A stretch of DNA of 24,000 bases from Ensifer sp. MJa1 (GCF_037026475.1 NZ_JAKUMO010000024.1:57171-81170), one strand, 5' to 3'; counted from the first letter of the stretch, positions 1 to 8,491 are shown. The notes: generated by a model not told the origin, from the letters alone. Translations and numbers: made by a program.

Positions 1-410
1 CCGGTCGTGTGCATGACGGCATTCGCCATCTCGAAGCTGCGGGCGTTGAGACGTGCAAGGATTTCGAGGCAGATGCCGGTGCGCACTTCAGGCGAGGTGG
101 AAGCCCATTGCGCAGCCGCAGCACGCGAGGCCGCGACAAGCGTATCCACGGCGGCGGCGGGATAGGTGACGCCGAGAGCGGGGCCATAGGGCGAGACTTC
201 CGCGCCGACGGCGCTCTGCGCCGGATGACCGGCAAGCGCGAAAGGTCTTCCGAGACGCGCCTGGTATGCGGCAAGACCGTCGTCCTTGGCGGTTTCGCCA
301 TAGATCTTGCCGGACGGCACTTCCGGATAGGCCGACCAGAAGTCGCGCTTGGCCGCCGCTTGCAAGGCTGCATCGAGCGTCGGGCGATGGCGATCGAATA
401 GTCCGGTCAT
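1..410 (-). CDS. paaN: Aldehyde dehydrogenase, PaaN-type ring-opening enzyme; N-terminal ~136 codons only, gene continues past the window start
   Basis: My own minus-strand translation from ATG at 410-408 gives MTGLFDRHRPTLDAALQAAAKRDFWSAYPEVPSGKIYGETAKDDGLAAYQARLGRPFALAGHP...PEVRTGICLEILARLNARSFEMANAVMHTTG with no stop to position 1. RBS GGAGGAG lies at 420-414 (minus). The N-terminal pattern resembles the standalone PaaN aldehyde dehydrogenase family as I recall it. It is absent from the ORF track because it is truncated at the edge. Confidence 0.6.
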   Translation of the reverse strand, partial: MTGLFDRHRPTLDAALQAAAKRDFWSAYPEVPSGKIYGETAKDDGLAAYQARLGRPFALAGHPAQSAVGAEVSPYGPALGVTYPAAAVDTLVAASRAAAAQWASTSPEVRTGICLEILARLNARSFEMANAVMHTT

Positions 411-439
411 GCTTACTCCTCCCAGTCAGTGCTTTTATA

Positions 440-461
440 ATTGACCGGCCGGCCGGTTTAT
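440..461. promoter_or_regulatory. PaaR-type operator candidate ATTGACCGGCCGGCCGGTTTAT in the paaN/paaG divergent region
   Basis: 22-bp imperfect palindrome, half-sites matching 9/11, core ACCG-GC-CG-GC-CGGT. Same architecture as the boxes at 12472-12493 and 16123-16144. Its TTGACC (441-446) could double as a -35 hexamer with AACTAT at 464-469 (17-nt spacer) for paaG. Confidence 0.55.
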
Positions 462-513
462 GCAACTATTTTTTCACGGTCGCCCTGGAAAGAAGGGTGA
501 CAGGGAGGAAAAC

Positions 514-1302
514 ATGCCGGAATCCAGCACGATCCAGTCGGCACTTGCCGATGGCGTCCTTAGCCTGACGCTCAATCGCCCTGACAAGCTCAACGCCTTT
601 AACGAAGAGATGCATCTTGCATTGCGTGCCGGCTTCGAGCGCGCCCATGCGGATACCGACGTGCGCGCCGTGCTTTTGACGGGTGCGGGCCGTGGCTTTT
701 GTGCCGGCCAGGATCTCGGCGACCGCGACCCGAGCAAGGGCGTGCCGGACCTCGGCCACACGATCGAGACCTACTACAATCCCCTGCTCCGCCTGATCCG
801 CAGCCTGGAAAAGCCGGTTGTTTGCGCGGTGAACGGCGTTGCCGCCGGCGCCGGTGCCAACATCGCCTTTGCCTGCGACATCACCCTTGCCGCCCGCTCC
901 GCCCGCTTCATCCAGGCCTTCGCCAAGATCGGCCTCGTGCCGGATTCCGGCGGAACCTGGAGCCTGCCGCGGCTGATCGGCGAGGCGCGCGCCAAGGCGC
1001 TGGCGCTCACTGCCGAGCCGCTCGGCGCGGAGACCGCCGCCGATTGGGGCCTCATCTGGCGCGCCGTCGACGACGACAAGCTGATGGAAGAGGCAAGCGC
1101 GCTCGCCGCTCGGCTTGCCGCCGGTCCGACCAAGGGCCTCGGCATGACCAAGCGCGCCATCCAGGCCGCCGCCACCAATTCGCTCGATGAGCAGCTCGAC
1201 CTCGAACGCGACCTTCAGCGCGAGGCCGGCCGCAGCGCCGACTATGCGGAAGGCGTTTCAGCCTTCCTCGAGAAGCGCAAGCCGGAGTTCAAGGGCCAAT
1301 GA
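514..1302 (+). CDS. paaG: 1,2-epoxyphenylacetyl-CoA isomerase (crotonase superfamily), PaaG
   Basis: MPESSTIQSALADGVLSLTLNRPDKLNAFNEEMH...LLTGAGRGFCAGQDL...AVNGVAAGAGANIA...LERDLQREAGRSADYAEGVSAFLEKRKPEFKG is collinear with E. coli PaaG. ATG at 514 is preferred over the track start at 460 because GGGAGGAAAAC lies directly upstream. Confidence 0.9.
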   Translation: MPESSTIQSALADGVLSLTLNRPDKLNAFNEEMHLALRAGFERAHADTDVRAVLLTGAGRGFCAGQDLGDRDPSKGVPDLGHTIETYYNPLLRLIRSLEKPVVCAVNGVAAGAGANIAFACDITLAARSARFIQAFAKIGLVPDSGGTWSLPRLIGEARAKALALTAEPLGAETAADWGLIWRAVDDDKLMEEASALAARLAAGPTKGLGMTKRAIQAAATNSLDEQLDLERDLQREAGRSADYAEGVSAFLEKRKPEFKGQ

Positions 1303-1739
1303 GCAGCGCCAGTCTTTCGCCTCAGGCGCTCGCCGATGCCTGCGCCAGGGCCATGTGGGACGAGGACAACGCCACCCGCCACCTCGGCATGGAGCTTGTG
1401 TCCGTGGCGCCCGGCGAAGCGACCATCACCATGACCGTGGCGGCGACGATGACCAACGGCCATGGCACCTGCCATGGCGGTTACATCTTCACGCTGGCCG
1501 ATTCTGCCTTCGCGTTTGCATGCAACACCTATAACCAGCGCACCGTCGCCCAGCACTGTTCGGTGACCTATATCGCACCGGCTTTCAAGGGCGACCGGCT
1601 GACGGCGACGGCACGGGAGGTGTCGCGCCGCGGCCGGGGCGGCATCTACGATATCCGCATCACCAATCAGGAGGGCGAGCATGTCGCGGAATTCCGCGGC
1701 CACTCGCGAACCGTAAAGGGTACCCATCTGCCGGAGTGA
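1299..1739 (+). CDS. paaI: Hot-dog fold acyl-CoA thioesterase PaaI
   Basis: 146 aa with NGHGTCHGGYIFTLADSAFAFACN and GIYDIRITNQEGEHVAEFRG, typical of PaaI. ATGA start/stop overlap with paaG at 1299-1302. Confidence 0.9.
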   Translation: MSSASLSPQALADACARAMWDEDNATRHLGMELVSVAPGEATITMTVAATMTNGHGTCHGGYIFTLADSAFAFACNTYNQRTVAQHCSVTYIAPAFKGDRLTATAREVSRRGRGGIYDIRITNQEGEHVAEFRGHSRTVKGTHLPE

Positions 1740-1773
1740 GGCAGATCATACCGCATTCTTGGAGGAGAATTTC

Positions 1774-3084
1774 ATGGAAGACCTGTCCCCCCGCCCCGGT
1801 GACCTCGAAGCGATCGAGACGGCCTCTCGCGACGAGCTTTCCGCGCTTCAGCTTGAGCGCATGAAGTGGTCGCTGACCCATGCCTATGAGAACTCCCCCT
1901 TCTACCGCCAGCGTTTCGACGAGGCGGGCGTGCACCCGTCGGACCTAAAGACGCTCGCCGACCTTGCGAAATTTCCCTTCACCACCAAGAAGGACCTGCG
2001 CGACACCTATCCCTTCGGCATGTTCGCCGTGCCGCGCGAAAAGCTCGCCCGCATCCATGCCTCGTCAGGCACGACCGGCAAGCCGACCGTCGTCGGCTAC
2101 ACCAAGAACGATATCGACACGTGGGCGACGGTGGTTGCCCGCTCGATCCGCGCCTCGGGCGGCCGGGCCGGCGATATCGTGCACGTCGCCTATGGCTACG
2201 GCCTCTTTACCGGCGGTCTCGGTGCGCACTACGGCGCTGAAAAACTCGGTTGCACCGTCGTGCCGATCTCGGGCGGCATGACGGAGCGTCAGGTCACCTT
2301 GATGCAGGATTTCAAGCCGCGCATCATCATGGTCACCCCCTCCTACATGCTCTCGATCCTCGATGAATTCCGCAAGAACGGCATCGACCCGCGCGAAAGC
2401 TCGCTCGCCGTCGGGATTTTTGGCGCGGAGCCGTGGACGAACGCCATGCGCCAGGAAATCGAACAGGCGTTCGACATGCACGCCGTCGACATTTACGGCC
2501 TGTCGGAGGTCATGGGCCCCGGCGTCGCCAACGAGTGCGTCGAGACCAAGGACGGCCTGCACATCTGGGAAGACCATTTCTACCCCGAGATCATCGACCC
2601 GGTGACGGGCGCCGTGCTGCCCGACGGCGAGGTTGGCGAACTGGTCTTCACCACGCTGACCAAGGAAGGCCTGCCGATCATCCGTTACCGCACGCGCGAC
2701 CTGACGCGGCTTCTGCCGGGCACCGCGCGCTCCATGCGCCGCATGGACAAGGTCACCGGTCGCTCCGACGACATGATGATCCTGCGCGGCGTCAACGTCT
2801 TCCCGACACAGATCGAGGAGCAGATCCTGAAATGCCGTGGACTGGCGCCGCATTTCCAGATCGAGCTGACCCGCGCCGGCCGTATGGACAACATGACGGT
2901 TCATGTCGAATGTACGCTGGAAGCGACCGACGAGGGCGCGCGCGCCGGATCGGCGAAGGAGCTTGCCCACCACATCAAGAGCGTGGTCGGCGTCTCGACG
3001 AAGATTACCGTGCACGAGCCGGGCGGTATCGCCCGCTCGGAAGGCAAGGCAAAGCGGGTGGTCGACAACCGCCCGAAAGAGTGA
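1774..3084 (+). CDS. paaK: Phenylacetate-CoA ligase PaaK
   Basis: MEDLSPRPGDLEAIETASRDELSALQLERMKWSLTHAYENSPFYRQRFDEAGV...SSGTTGKPTVVGYT...FPTQIEEQIL is the PaaK family pattern. ATG at 1774 with GGAGGAG at 1761-1767 is preferred over the TTG at 1759. Confidence 0.93.
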   Translation: MEDLSPRPGDLEAIETASRDELSALQLERMKWSLTHAYENSPFYRQRFDEAGVHPSDLKTLADLAKFPFTTKKDLRDTYPFGMFAVPREKLARIHASSGTTGKPTVVGYTKNDIDTWATVVARSIRASGGRAGDIVHVAYGYGLFTGGLGAHYGAEKLGCTVVPISGGMTERQVTLMQDFKPRIIMVTPSYMLSILDEFRKNGIDPRESSLAVGIFGAEPWTNAMRQEIEQAFDMHAVDIYGLSEVMGPGVANECVETKDGLHIWEDHFYPEIIDPVTGAVLPDGEVGELVFTTLTKEGLPIIRYRTRDLTRLLPGTARSMRRMDKVTGRSDDMMILRGVNVFPTQIEEQILKCRGLAPHFQIELTRAGRMDNMTVHVECTLEATDEGARAGSAKELAHHIKSVVGVSTKITVHEPGGIARSEGKAKRVVDNRPKE

Positions 3085-3131
3085 ATGCTCGAATGAGTGA
3101 ATGACGGGGCGCTAGGATAGCCCGGCACCGG

Positions 3132-3153
3132 GTTGACCGTTTATACGAACAAA
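3132..3153. promoter_or_regulatory. Degenerate PaaR-type box GTTGACCGTTTATACGAACAAA upstream of paaR
   Basis: The left half-site TTGACCG is intact. The central CG and the right half-site are poorly conserved (CGAACAAA versus CGGTCAAT). Sits 51 nt upstream of the paaR ATG. Confidence 0.25.
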
Positions 3154-3173
3154 AGTCGCCGCTTGCGCGGCGG
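3154..3173 (+). other. GC-rich stem-loop between paaK and paaR
   Basis: GTCGCCGC-TTGC-GCGGCGGC: 8-bp stem including one G-U pair, 4-nt loop. No downstream T-tract, so terminator function is uncertain. Confidence 0.3.
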
Positions 3174-3203
3174 CAAACAGACAGGAAGTGAGCAGGGTAG
3201 AAC

Positions 3204-3800
3204 ATGGCACGCACGCGCGCAGTGGATTTTGAAGAAAAACAGCGCGGCATTCTGACGAACGCGGCGGCGGTGTTCGCCGAAGTGGGCATGGAAAAGGCTT
3301 CCATGTCCATGATTGCCTCGTACAGCAATGTCTCGAAGGCCCTGCTCTATCACTACTACCCCGGCAAGGATGCCCTGATATTCGATATCGTTCGCACGCA
3401 CCTGACGGAGCTCGACGGCGCGATCGAAGCGGCGGATCGCGATGATGTGGCGCCGCAGGAGCGGTTGCGTCTTCTCGTCAAGGCTGTGATGAAGAATTAC
3501 GAAGGCCGCGACAATGAACACAAGGTGCAGCTCAATGGCACCAGCGCCCTGTCGCCAGAACAGCTTTCAGAGCTGCAGGCGATCGAAAGGCGGATCGTCA
3601 AGCGCTTCTCCAGCGTCATTGCCCTGATCAACCCGGAGCTCAATCAGGGCCGGCCGCTGCTGATGCCGGTCACCATGTCGCTCTTCGGCATGATGAACTG
3701 GGTCTACATGTGGTTCCGGCCGAACGGGCCGATCAGCCGCGAAGAGTATGCCGACATCGCGACCACGCTTATCCTCGAAGGCGTCAAGGCCGTTCGCTGA
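3204..3800 (+). CDS. paaR: TetR-family transcriptional regulator, probable PaaR
   Basis: 198 aa. N-terminal TetR HTH: RGILTNAAAVFAEVGMEKASMSMIASYSNVSKALLYHYYPGKDALIFDIV. The paaR name rests on its position inside the paa cluster and on the PaaR-like boxes in the locus. Confidence 0.75.
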   Translation: MARTRAVDFEEKQRGILTNAAAVFAEVGMEKASMSMIASYSNVSKALLYHYYPGKDALIFDIVRTHLTELDGAIEAADRDDVAPQERLRLLVKAVMKNYEGRDNEHKVQLNGTSALSPEQLSELQAIERRIVKRFSSVIALINPELNQGRPLLMPVTMSLFGMMNWVYMWFRPNGPISREEYADIATTLILEGVKAVR

Positions 3801-3809
3801 CCAAGCCGT

Positions 3810-4424
3810 TCATTTGCCGAATTTCAGCCGCTCGAGAATGAGCGGGTCATATTCCGGAGCGCGGATGCGCCGCCGGTCCGGCTCGAGCTGAGAAAGCGGT
3901 TCGGTCGCAACCAGCTTGTCTTTCGCCTCGAGGGCGAGGCGCTGATAGATGGCCGTGCCCTGGCGTTTCCAGGCGATCTCATCGGCGGAAAGCTCCCGGG
4001 TGACGCGCGCCGGCGAACCCATTGCAAGGCTGTTTGCGGGGATCTCGGTGCCTGCCTTGACGAAGGCCATGGCGGCAACGATGGCATTTTCGCCGATCAC
4101 GGCTTCGTCCATGACGACGGCGTTCATCCCGACCATGGCGTTGCGGCCGATCCGGCAACCGTGCAGCACCGCCCCGTGGCCGATATGGCCCTCTTCGCCG
4201 ACAACCACGTCGAGATTCGGGAAACTGTGCACGACGCAGGTCTCCTGCACGTTTGATCCTCGCTCAAGCACGATGCGGCCGAAGTCGCCGCGCAGCACGG
4301 CGCCCGGCCCGACATAGCAGGCAGGGCCTATGATCACGTCACCGGTGACGATTGCGGCCGGATGCACGAAGGCGGCGGGATCGATCACCGGGACCACGCC
4401 GTCATAGGCATAGATCTGTGTCAT
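3810..4424 (-). CDS. paaY: Hexapeptide-repeat (gamma-carbonic-anhydrase-like) protein PaaY
   Basis: [66 protein letters not shown]...[28 protein letters not shown] is collinear with E. coli PaaY. RBS GAGGAGAAGG upstream. Confidence 0.9.
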   Translation of the reverse strand: MTQIYAYDGVVPVIDPAAFVHPAAIVTGDVIIGPACYVGPGAVLRGDFGRIVLERGSNVQETCVVHSFPNLDVVVGEEGHIGHGAVLHGCRIGRNAMVGMNAVVMDEAVIGENAIVAAMAFVKAGTEIPANSLAMGSPARVTRELSADEIAWKRQGTAIYQRLALEAKDKLVATEPLSQLEPDRRRIRAPEYDPLILERLKFGK

Positions 4425-4437
4425 GGCCGCCTTCTCC

Positions 4438-6495
4438 TCAGCTTCTCGTCTTTGCCACCATGGTCAGAACGTCGTACTGCGCGACGGCAACGCCATTCTG
4501 GTTGGTGACCCGGCAATCCCAGCGCACTTCCCCATGTTCGGCGTCCGCGCGCGGGTTGATCTCCTTGCAGGTCAGTTGGACCTTAAGCGTGTCGCCCGGG
4601 TTGACCGGAGTCAGGAAGCGCAGGTTGTCGACACCATAATTCGCCAGCACCGGACCCGGTGCCGGATCGACAAAGAGGCCGGCAGCGAAGGAGACGATGA
4701 GATAGCCGTGGGCGACGCGCCCGTCGAAGAACGGATTGGCCTTGGCGGCCTCTTCGTCCATGTGCGCGTAGAAGGTATCGCCGGTGAAATTGGCGAAGTG
4801 CTCGATATCCTCCAGCGTCACCGTACGGGATGCGGTGACGAGCTGGTCGCCGATGCGAAGCTCGGCGAGCGACTTGCGGAACGGATGCTCGCCGCCGCTG
4901 CGGGCCTCGGAGTCGGCAACCCAGCGGCCGGTGACGGCCGAGAGCATGGTCGGCGAACCCTGGACGGCGGTGCGCTGCATGTAATGCTTGACACCACGCA
5001 TGCCGCCGAGCTCTTCGCCACCGCCGGCACGACCGGGGCCGCCATGGACGAGGCCCGGAAGAGGCGAGCCGTGACCGGTCGAGGTCTTGGCGCTGGCGCG
5101 GTTGCCGATCAGGACGCGGCCATGGAACGGCGCCATGCCGAGCACGACCTCTTCGGCAAAGGCCGGATCGTTGGTGAAGACCGAGGCGACAAGGCTGCCC
5201 TTGCCGCGGCGGGTAAGATCGACAGCCTCTCCGGCTGTGTCATAGGGCATGACGGTGCTGACCGGGCCGAAGGCCTCGACATCGTGTACGGCCTTGGCCT
5301 CCCAGGGACGATCGCAATAGAGAAGCACCGGATTGAGGAAGGCCCCGGCCTCGGCATCGCCGGAGACGATGCGCGGGGTATCGGGGTCGCCCGCGACGAT
5401 CTCGGCATCGGCGAGCAGGTCGCGGATGCGCTCCCGCACTTCGGTGCGCTGGTCGAGGCTGGCGAGCGGGCCCATGCGGACAGTCTCATCCGCGGGGTTG
5501 CCGAGAACAGTCTTGCCGAGGCGCTCGCCGAGTGCGGCCACGAGCGCGTCGCAATGGACGCGCGGGGCGATCACGCGGCGGATGGCGGTGCATTTCTGCC
5601 CGGCCTTCGAGGTCATCTCGCGAGCCACTTCCTTGACGAACAGGTCGAACTCCTCCGTGCCTGGCCCGGCGTCGAGGCCGAGCACCGAAGCATTGAGGCT
5701 GTCGGCTTCCATGGTGAAGCGCACGGAATTACCGATAACGGCCGGATGGCTCTTCAGCTTGCGGCCGGTTGAGGCCGACCCCGTGAAGGTGACCACATCC
5801 TGGCCGTCGACATGATCGAGCAGGTCGCCGACCGAGCCGGATATCAGCTGCACGGCCCCTTCCGGCAGGATACCGGTCTCGACCATGCGGCGCACGACAA
5901 GTTCCGTAAGGTAGGCCGTCTGGCTCGCCGGCTTGACGATCGCCGGCATGCCCGCAAGCAGCGTCGGGGCGAGTTTTTCCAGCATGCCCCAGCAGGGAAA
6001 GTTGAAGGCGTTGATGTGGACGGCGACACCCTGCAGCGGCGACAGGATATGGCGGGCGGCAAAGGTGCCGTCGCGTGCCAGCGTCTCGACATCGCCGTCG
6101 ACCAGAACGCGGGTGTTGGGAAGCTCGCGGCGGCCCTTGGAGGCATAGGAAAGCAGCGTGCCGATGCCGCCGTCGATATCGACCCAGCTATCGGCGCGGG
6201 TGGCGCCGGTCGCAGCGGAAAGCGCGTAGAACTCTTCCTTGCGCTCCATCAGCGCCAGGCCGAGCGCCTTCAGCATGGCGGCGCGCTCATGGAAGGACAT
6301 GCGGCGCAGCGCCGGGCCGGCCTTCTCGCGGCCATAGGCAAGGGTGCTGGCGAAATCGATGCCGCTGGAATCGATGAAGGCGACGGGCGCGCCGGTCGAG
6401 GCGTCGAGAAGCGGCACACCCTCCTTCGCGCCGGCGATCCAGCTGCCACAGACATAGCTTTCGAGCCGGCGGGGCCGGGACGCCTGAACGTTCAT
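4438..6495 (-). CDS. paaZ: Bifunctional oxepin-CoA hydrolase / 3-oxo-5,6-dehydrosuberyl-CoA semialdehyde dehydrogenase PaaZ
   Basis: 685 aa. The ALDH part has [43 protein letters not shown] and EADSLN. The C-terminal MaoC hydratase part has [28 protein letters not shown]. Collinear with E. coli PaaZ over the whole length. Confidence 0.93.
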   Translation of the reverse strand: MNVQASRPRRLESYVCGSWIAGAKEGVPLLDASTGAPVAFIDSSGIDFASTLAYGREKAGPALRRMSFHERAAMLKALGLALMERKEEFYALSAATGATRADSWVDIDGGIGTLLSYASKGRRELPNTRVLVDGDVETLARDGTFAARHILSPLQGVAVHINAFNFPCWGMLEKLAPTLLAGMPAIVKPASQTAYLTELVVRRMVETGILPEGAVQLISGSVGDLLDHVDGQDVVTFTGSASTGRKLKSHPAVIGNSVRFTMEADSLNASVLGLDAGPGTEEFDLFVKEVAREMTSKAGQKCTAIRRVIAPRVHCDALVAALGERLGKTVLGNPADETVRMGPLASLDQRTEVRERIRDLLADAEIVAGDPDTPRIVSGDAEAGAFLNPVLLYCDRPWEAKAVHDVEAFGPVSTVMPYDTAGEAVDLTRRGKGSLVASVFTNDPAFAEEVVLGMAPFHGRVLIGNRASAKTSTGHGSPLPGLVHGGPGRAGGGEELGGMRGVKHYMQRTAVQGSPTMLSAVTGRWVADSEARSGGEHPFRKSLAELRIGDQLVTASRTVTLEDIEHFANFTGDTFYAHMDEEAAKANPFFDGRVAHGYLIVSFAAGLFVDPAPGPVLANYGVDNLRFLTPVNPGDTLKVQLTCKEINPRADAEHGEVRWDCRVTNQNGVAVAQYDVLTMVAKTRS

Positions 6496-6507
6496 GGTCG
6501 TTTCCTT

Positions 6508-7269
6508 TCAGAGCAGTTTCAGCGCGCCGAGCTGCGCATCGACGTCCGCCTGCCATTCGGCAAGAAGCGTTTCATTGGGGGTGTGGCGCAGGCCGAAGCG
6601 CGCGAGCGTCGCGTAGCGCGCCGAGCCGGAATGGCCGAAGCTCGCGGCGACCCGTGGGGTCCAGTAGGCGATGGAGGCGAGCGCCACTGCGCGCGCCTCA
6701 GGCGATGCAGCGATACGTTCCAGTCCGGCAAGACCGAGTTCCAAGTGGCGGGTCTCGCGCGGCAGGATGCGGTGGAAGACCTCTGCTAGCGGCTGGTAGG
6801 AAACGTGAGACAGCTCACGCAATTGGATGACGCCCGCCTTGCCCATCAATACGTTCATGACGACGGCATCGACCCAACCCTGCAACGGATAATGGAAGAC
6901 CGAGAGACGCATGTCGCCTTCGCGTCGTTCAGCACCTATATCGGCATCCCGCGGCAGGCGATCGGCCCAGGGGTGATGCACGGCGTAGCGGCCGCCATCG
7001 GCGCCGAAGCTCTCCATGACCGCCAGCACCTGGCCTGCATGGTCGGTCTTTTCAAGCACGATTCGGGCCGCGGAAATGCGCTCCTGAATGCCCGGCGCAT
7101 CGTTGATCACGCCGGCAAAGCCGGCGGAGCCCGCAAGCTCGCTATCGACGAAGCTCGCCATCAGCCGCAAGAGTTCGCCGCGATAGCGCGCCGGCACATT
7201 GTCCGGCGAGGTCAGCCTGCCGCCCTTAGCGAGGTAGTCTTCGATCGGCATGGTTTCCGTATCGGTCAT
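6508..7269 (-). CDS. PaaA/PaaC-family ferritin-like protein, an extra paralog closest in layout to PaaA
   Basis: 253 aa. Two blocks align without gaps to the in-window PaaA: SELAG...EKTDH versus SEIVG...DEAGH (identical 33-residue spacing), and FHYP...LMGKAG...SYQPLA...RETRH versus FNYP...LVDGAA...SYGPYA...EESFH (identical 51-residue block). RBS GGGAGGAGAAGG lies before the ATG at 7269. Confidence 0.75.
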   Translation of the reverse strand: MTDTETMPIEDYLAKGGRLTSPDNVPARYRGELLRLMASFVDSELAGSAGFAGVINDAPGIQERISAARIVLEKTDHAGQVLAVMESFGADGGRYAVHHPWADRLPRDADIGAERREGDMRLSVFHYPLQGWVDAVVMNVLMGKAGVIQLRELSHVSYQPLAEVFHRILPRETRHLELGLAGLERIAASPEARAVALASIAYWTPRVAASFGHSGSARYATLARFGLRHTPNETLLAEWQADVDAQLGALKLL

Positions 7270-7289
7270 GGCCTTCTCCTCCCGAGCAT

Positions 7290-7385
7290 GTCCAGCGATC
7301 GGAGATCGCCGAAAATGCTATCTGTTTGTTTTCGCGCAATTCCGGACGTAAAACCGCTTCACACTTTGACTGGAATTGCTCAGGC
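7290..7385. repeat. Intergenic hairpin/repeat element between paaE and the PaaA-like gene
   Basis: GCAATTCCGG (7336-7345) pairs with CTGGAATTGC (7370-7379): 10 bp including one G-U pair, 24-nt loop. A small GCGATC-GGA-GATCGC hairpin lies at 7295-7309. The string ...GCGCAATTCCGGACGTAAAACCGCTTCACACTTTGACTGGAATTGC... resembles an intergenic repeat I recall as widespread in Rhizobium/Agrobacterium genomes; this is unverified here. Confidence 0.45.
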
Positions 7386-7389
7386 GAGC

Positions 7390-8466
7390 TCACTGGTCGT
7401 AGCTGACGACGACCTTGTCGCTCAGCGGGTAGCACTGGCAGGTGAGCACGTAGCCCTGACGGACTTCGTAATCCTCGAGCGCGTGGTTGACCTCCATCTC
7501 CGTCTCGCCCTCGATGACCTTGGCCCGACAGGTGGAGCAGACGCCGGCCTTGCAGGCGTATGGCGCGTCGATGTTGTTTTCGAGCGCGGCCTCGAGCAGG
7601 CTCTGGCCGTGCTTGGGCATGTTGAAGCTGCGGGTCGCGCCGTCGAGCGTGATGGTTGCCTGGCAGCTGGCATTGGCGTCGGCGCCCGCAGCACTCTGGG
7701 CTCGGGCCCGCGCCCGACCGGGTTGCGAGGAGGCGAACAGCTCGAACTTGACCTGGTCGTCGCGCAGGCCATGGTCGCGAAGCGCTGCCGCGATCGCCAG
7801 CATCATCGGCTCGGGGCCGCAGATGAAGGCCGTGGTGACCGAACGCAGATCGATCCAGCTCTTGAACAGGGCGGCGCATTTTTCCGCGTTGACGCGGCCG
7901 GTGAAGAGATCGATGTCCTGCGCCTCGCTTTCAAGCACATGCAGGACGGAGAAGCGGCCGAGATAGCTGTTCTTCAAATCCTCCAGCTCCTCGCGGAACA
8001 TGATCGAGGAGATCTGCCGGTTGGCATAAACAAGCGTGAAGCGGGAGCGCGGCTCGCGCGCAAGCGTCGTCTTGATGATCGAGAGAACCGGCGTGATACC
8101 GCTGCCGCCGGCAAAGCCGAGATAGTGCTTGGAAACCTCCGGCTCGATGGCCGTGAAGAAGGCCCCCATTGGCGGCATGGCTTCGAGTGTGTCGCCAGCC
8201 TTCAGCTCTTCGTTGGCCCAGCTGGAAAAGCAGCCGCCATCCACCCTCTTGATGCCGACGCGCAGCACGCCCTCGTCGCGGCCGGCACAGATCGAATAGG
8301 AGCGGCGCAGCTCCTCGCCGTCGAACTTGCGGCGGAAGGTCAGGTACTGGCCTTGGGTGAAATCGAAGGTATCGCGGTCTTCCGCGGACGGAGCCAGCGT
8401 TACGACCACGGCGTCGCGAGTTTCGCGGCGCACTTCGGTAACATTCAGGGAATGGAAACGTGCCAT
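7390..8466 (-). CDS. paaE: Phenylacetyl-CoA epoxidase reductase subunit PaaE
   Basis: MARFHSLNVTEVRRETRDAVVVTLAP aligns to the E. coli PaaE N-terminus. FNR-like flavin/NAD domains are followed by a C-terminal plant-type 2Fe-2S motif, CKAGVCSTCRAKVIEGE. ATG at 8466 is preferred over 8478 on alignment and the GAGGG RBS. Confidence 0.9.
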   Translation of the reverse strand: MARFHSLNVTEVRRETRDAVVVTLAPSAEDRDTFDFTQGQYLTFRRKFDGEELRRSYSICAGRDEGVLRVGIKRVDGGCFSSWANEELKAGDTLEAMPPMGAFFTAIEPEVSKHYLGFAGGSGITPVLSIIKTTLAREPRSRFTLVYANRQISSIMFREELEDLKNSYLGRFSVLHVLESEAQDIDLFTGRVNAEKCAALFKSWIDLRSVTTAFICGPEPMMLAIAAALRDHGLRDDQVKFELFASSQPGRARARAQSAAGADANASCQATITLDGATRSFNMPKHGQSLLEAALENNIDAPYACKAGVCSTCRAKVIEGETEMEVNHALEDYEVRQGYVLTCQCYPLSDKVVVSYDQ

Positions 8467-8491
8467 GGCGGCCCTCATCCTTTGTCTCGGG

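Noticed and set aside
3079-3103. Direct repeat GAGTGAATG ... GAGTGAATG across the paaK stop codon.
   Set aside because: Only 9 bp, two copies, no associated structure. Most simply a chance or slippage duplication.
4423-5772. 449-aa plus-strand ORF opposite paaZ. The same pattern is seen at 5812-6789, 6805-8505, 8327-9853 and 9983-11212, opposite the paa genes.
   Set aside because: These are antisense shadow ORFs typical of high-GC DNA. Their translations are Arg/Ala/Gly/Asp-rich low-complexity sequence with no recognisable motifs and no RBS. Each lies exactly opposite a gene with strong family-level similarity.
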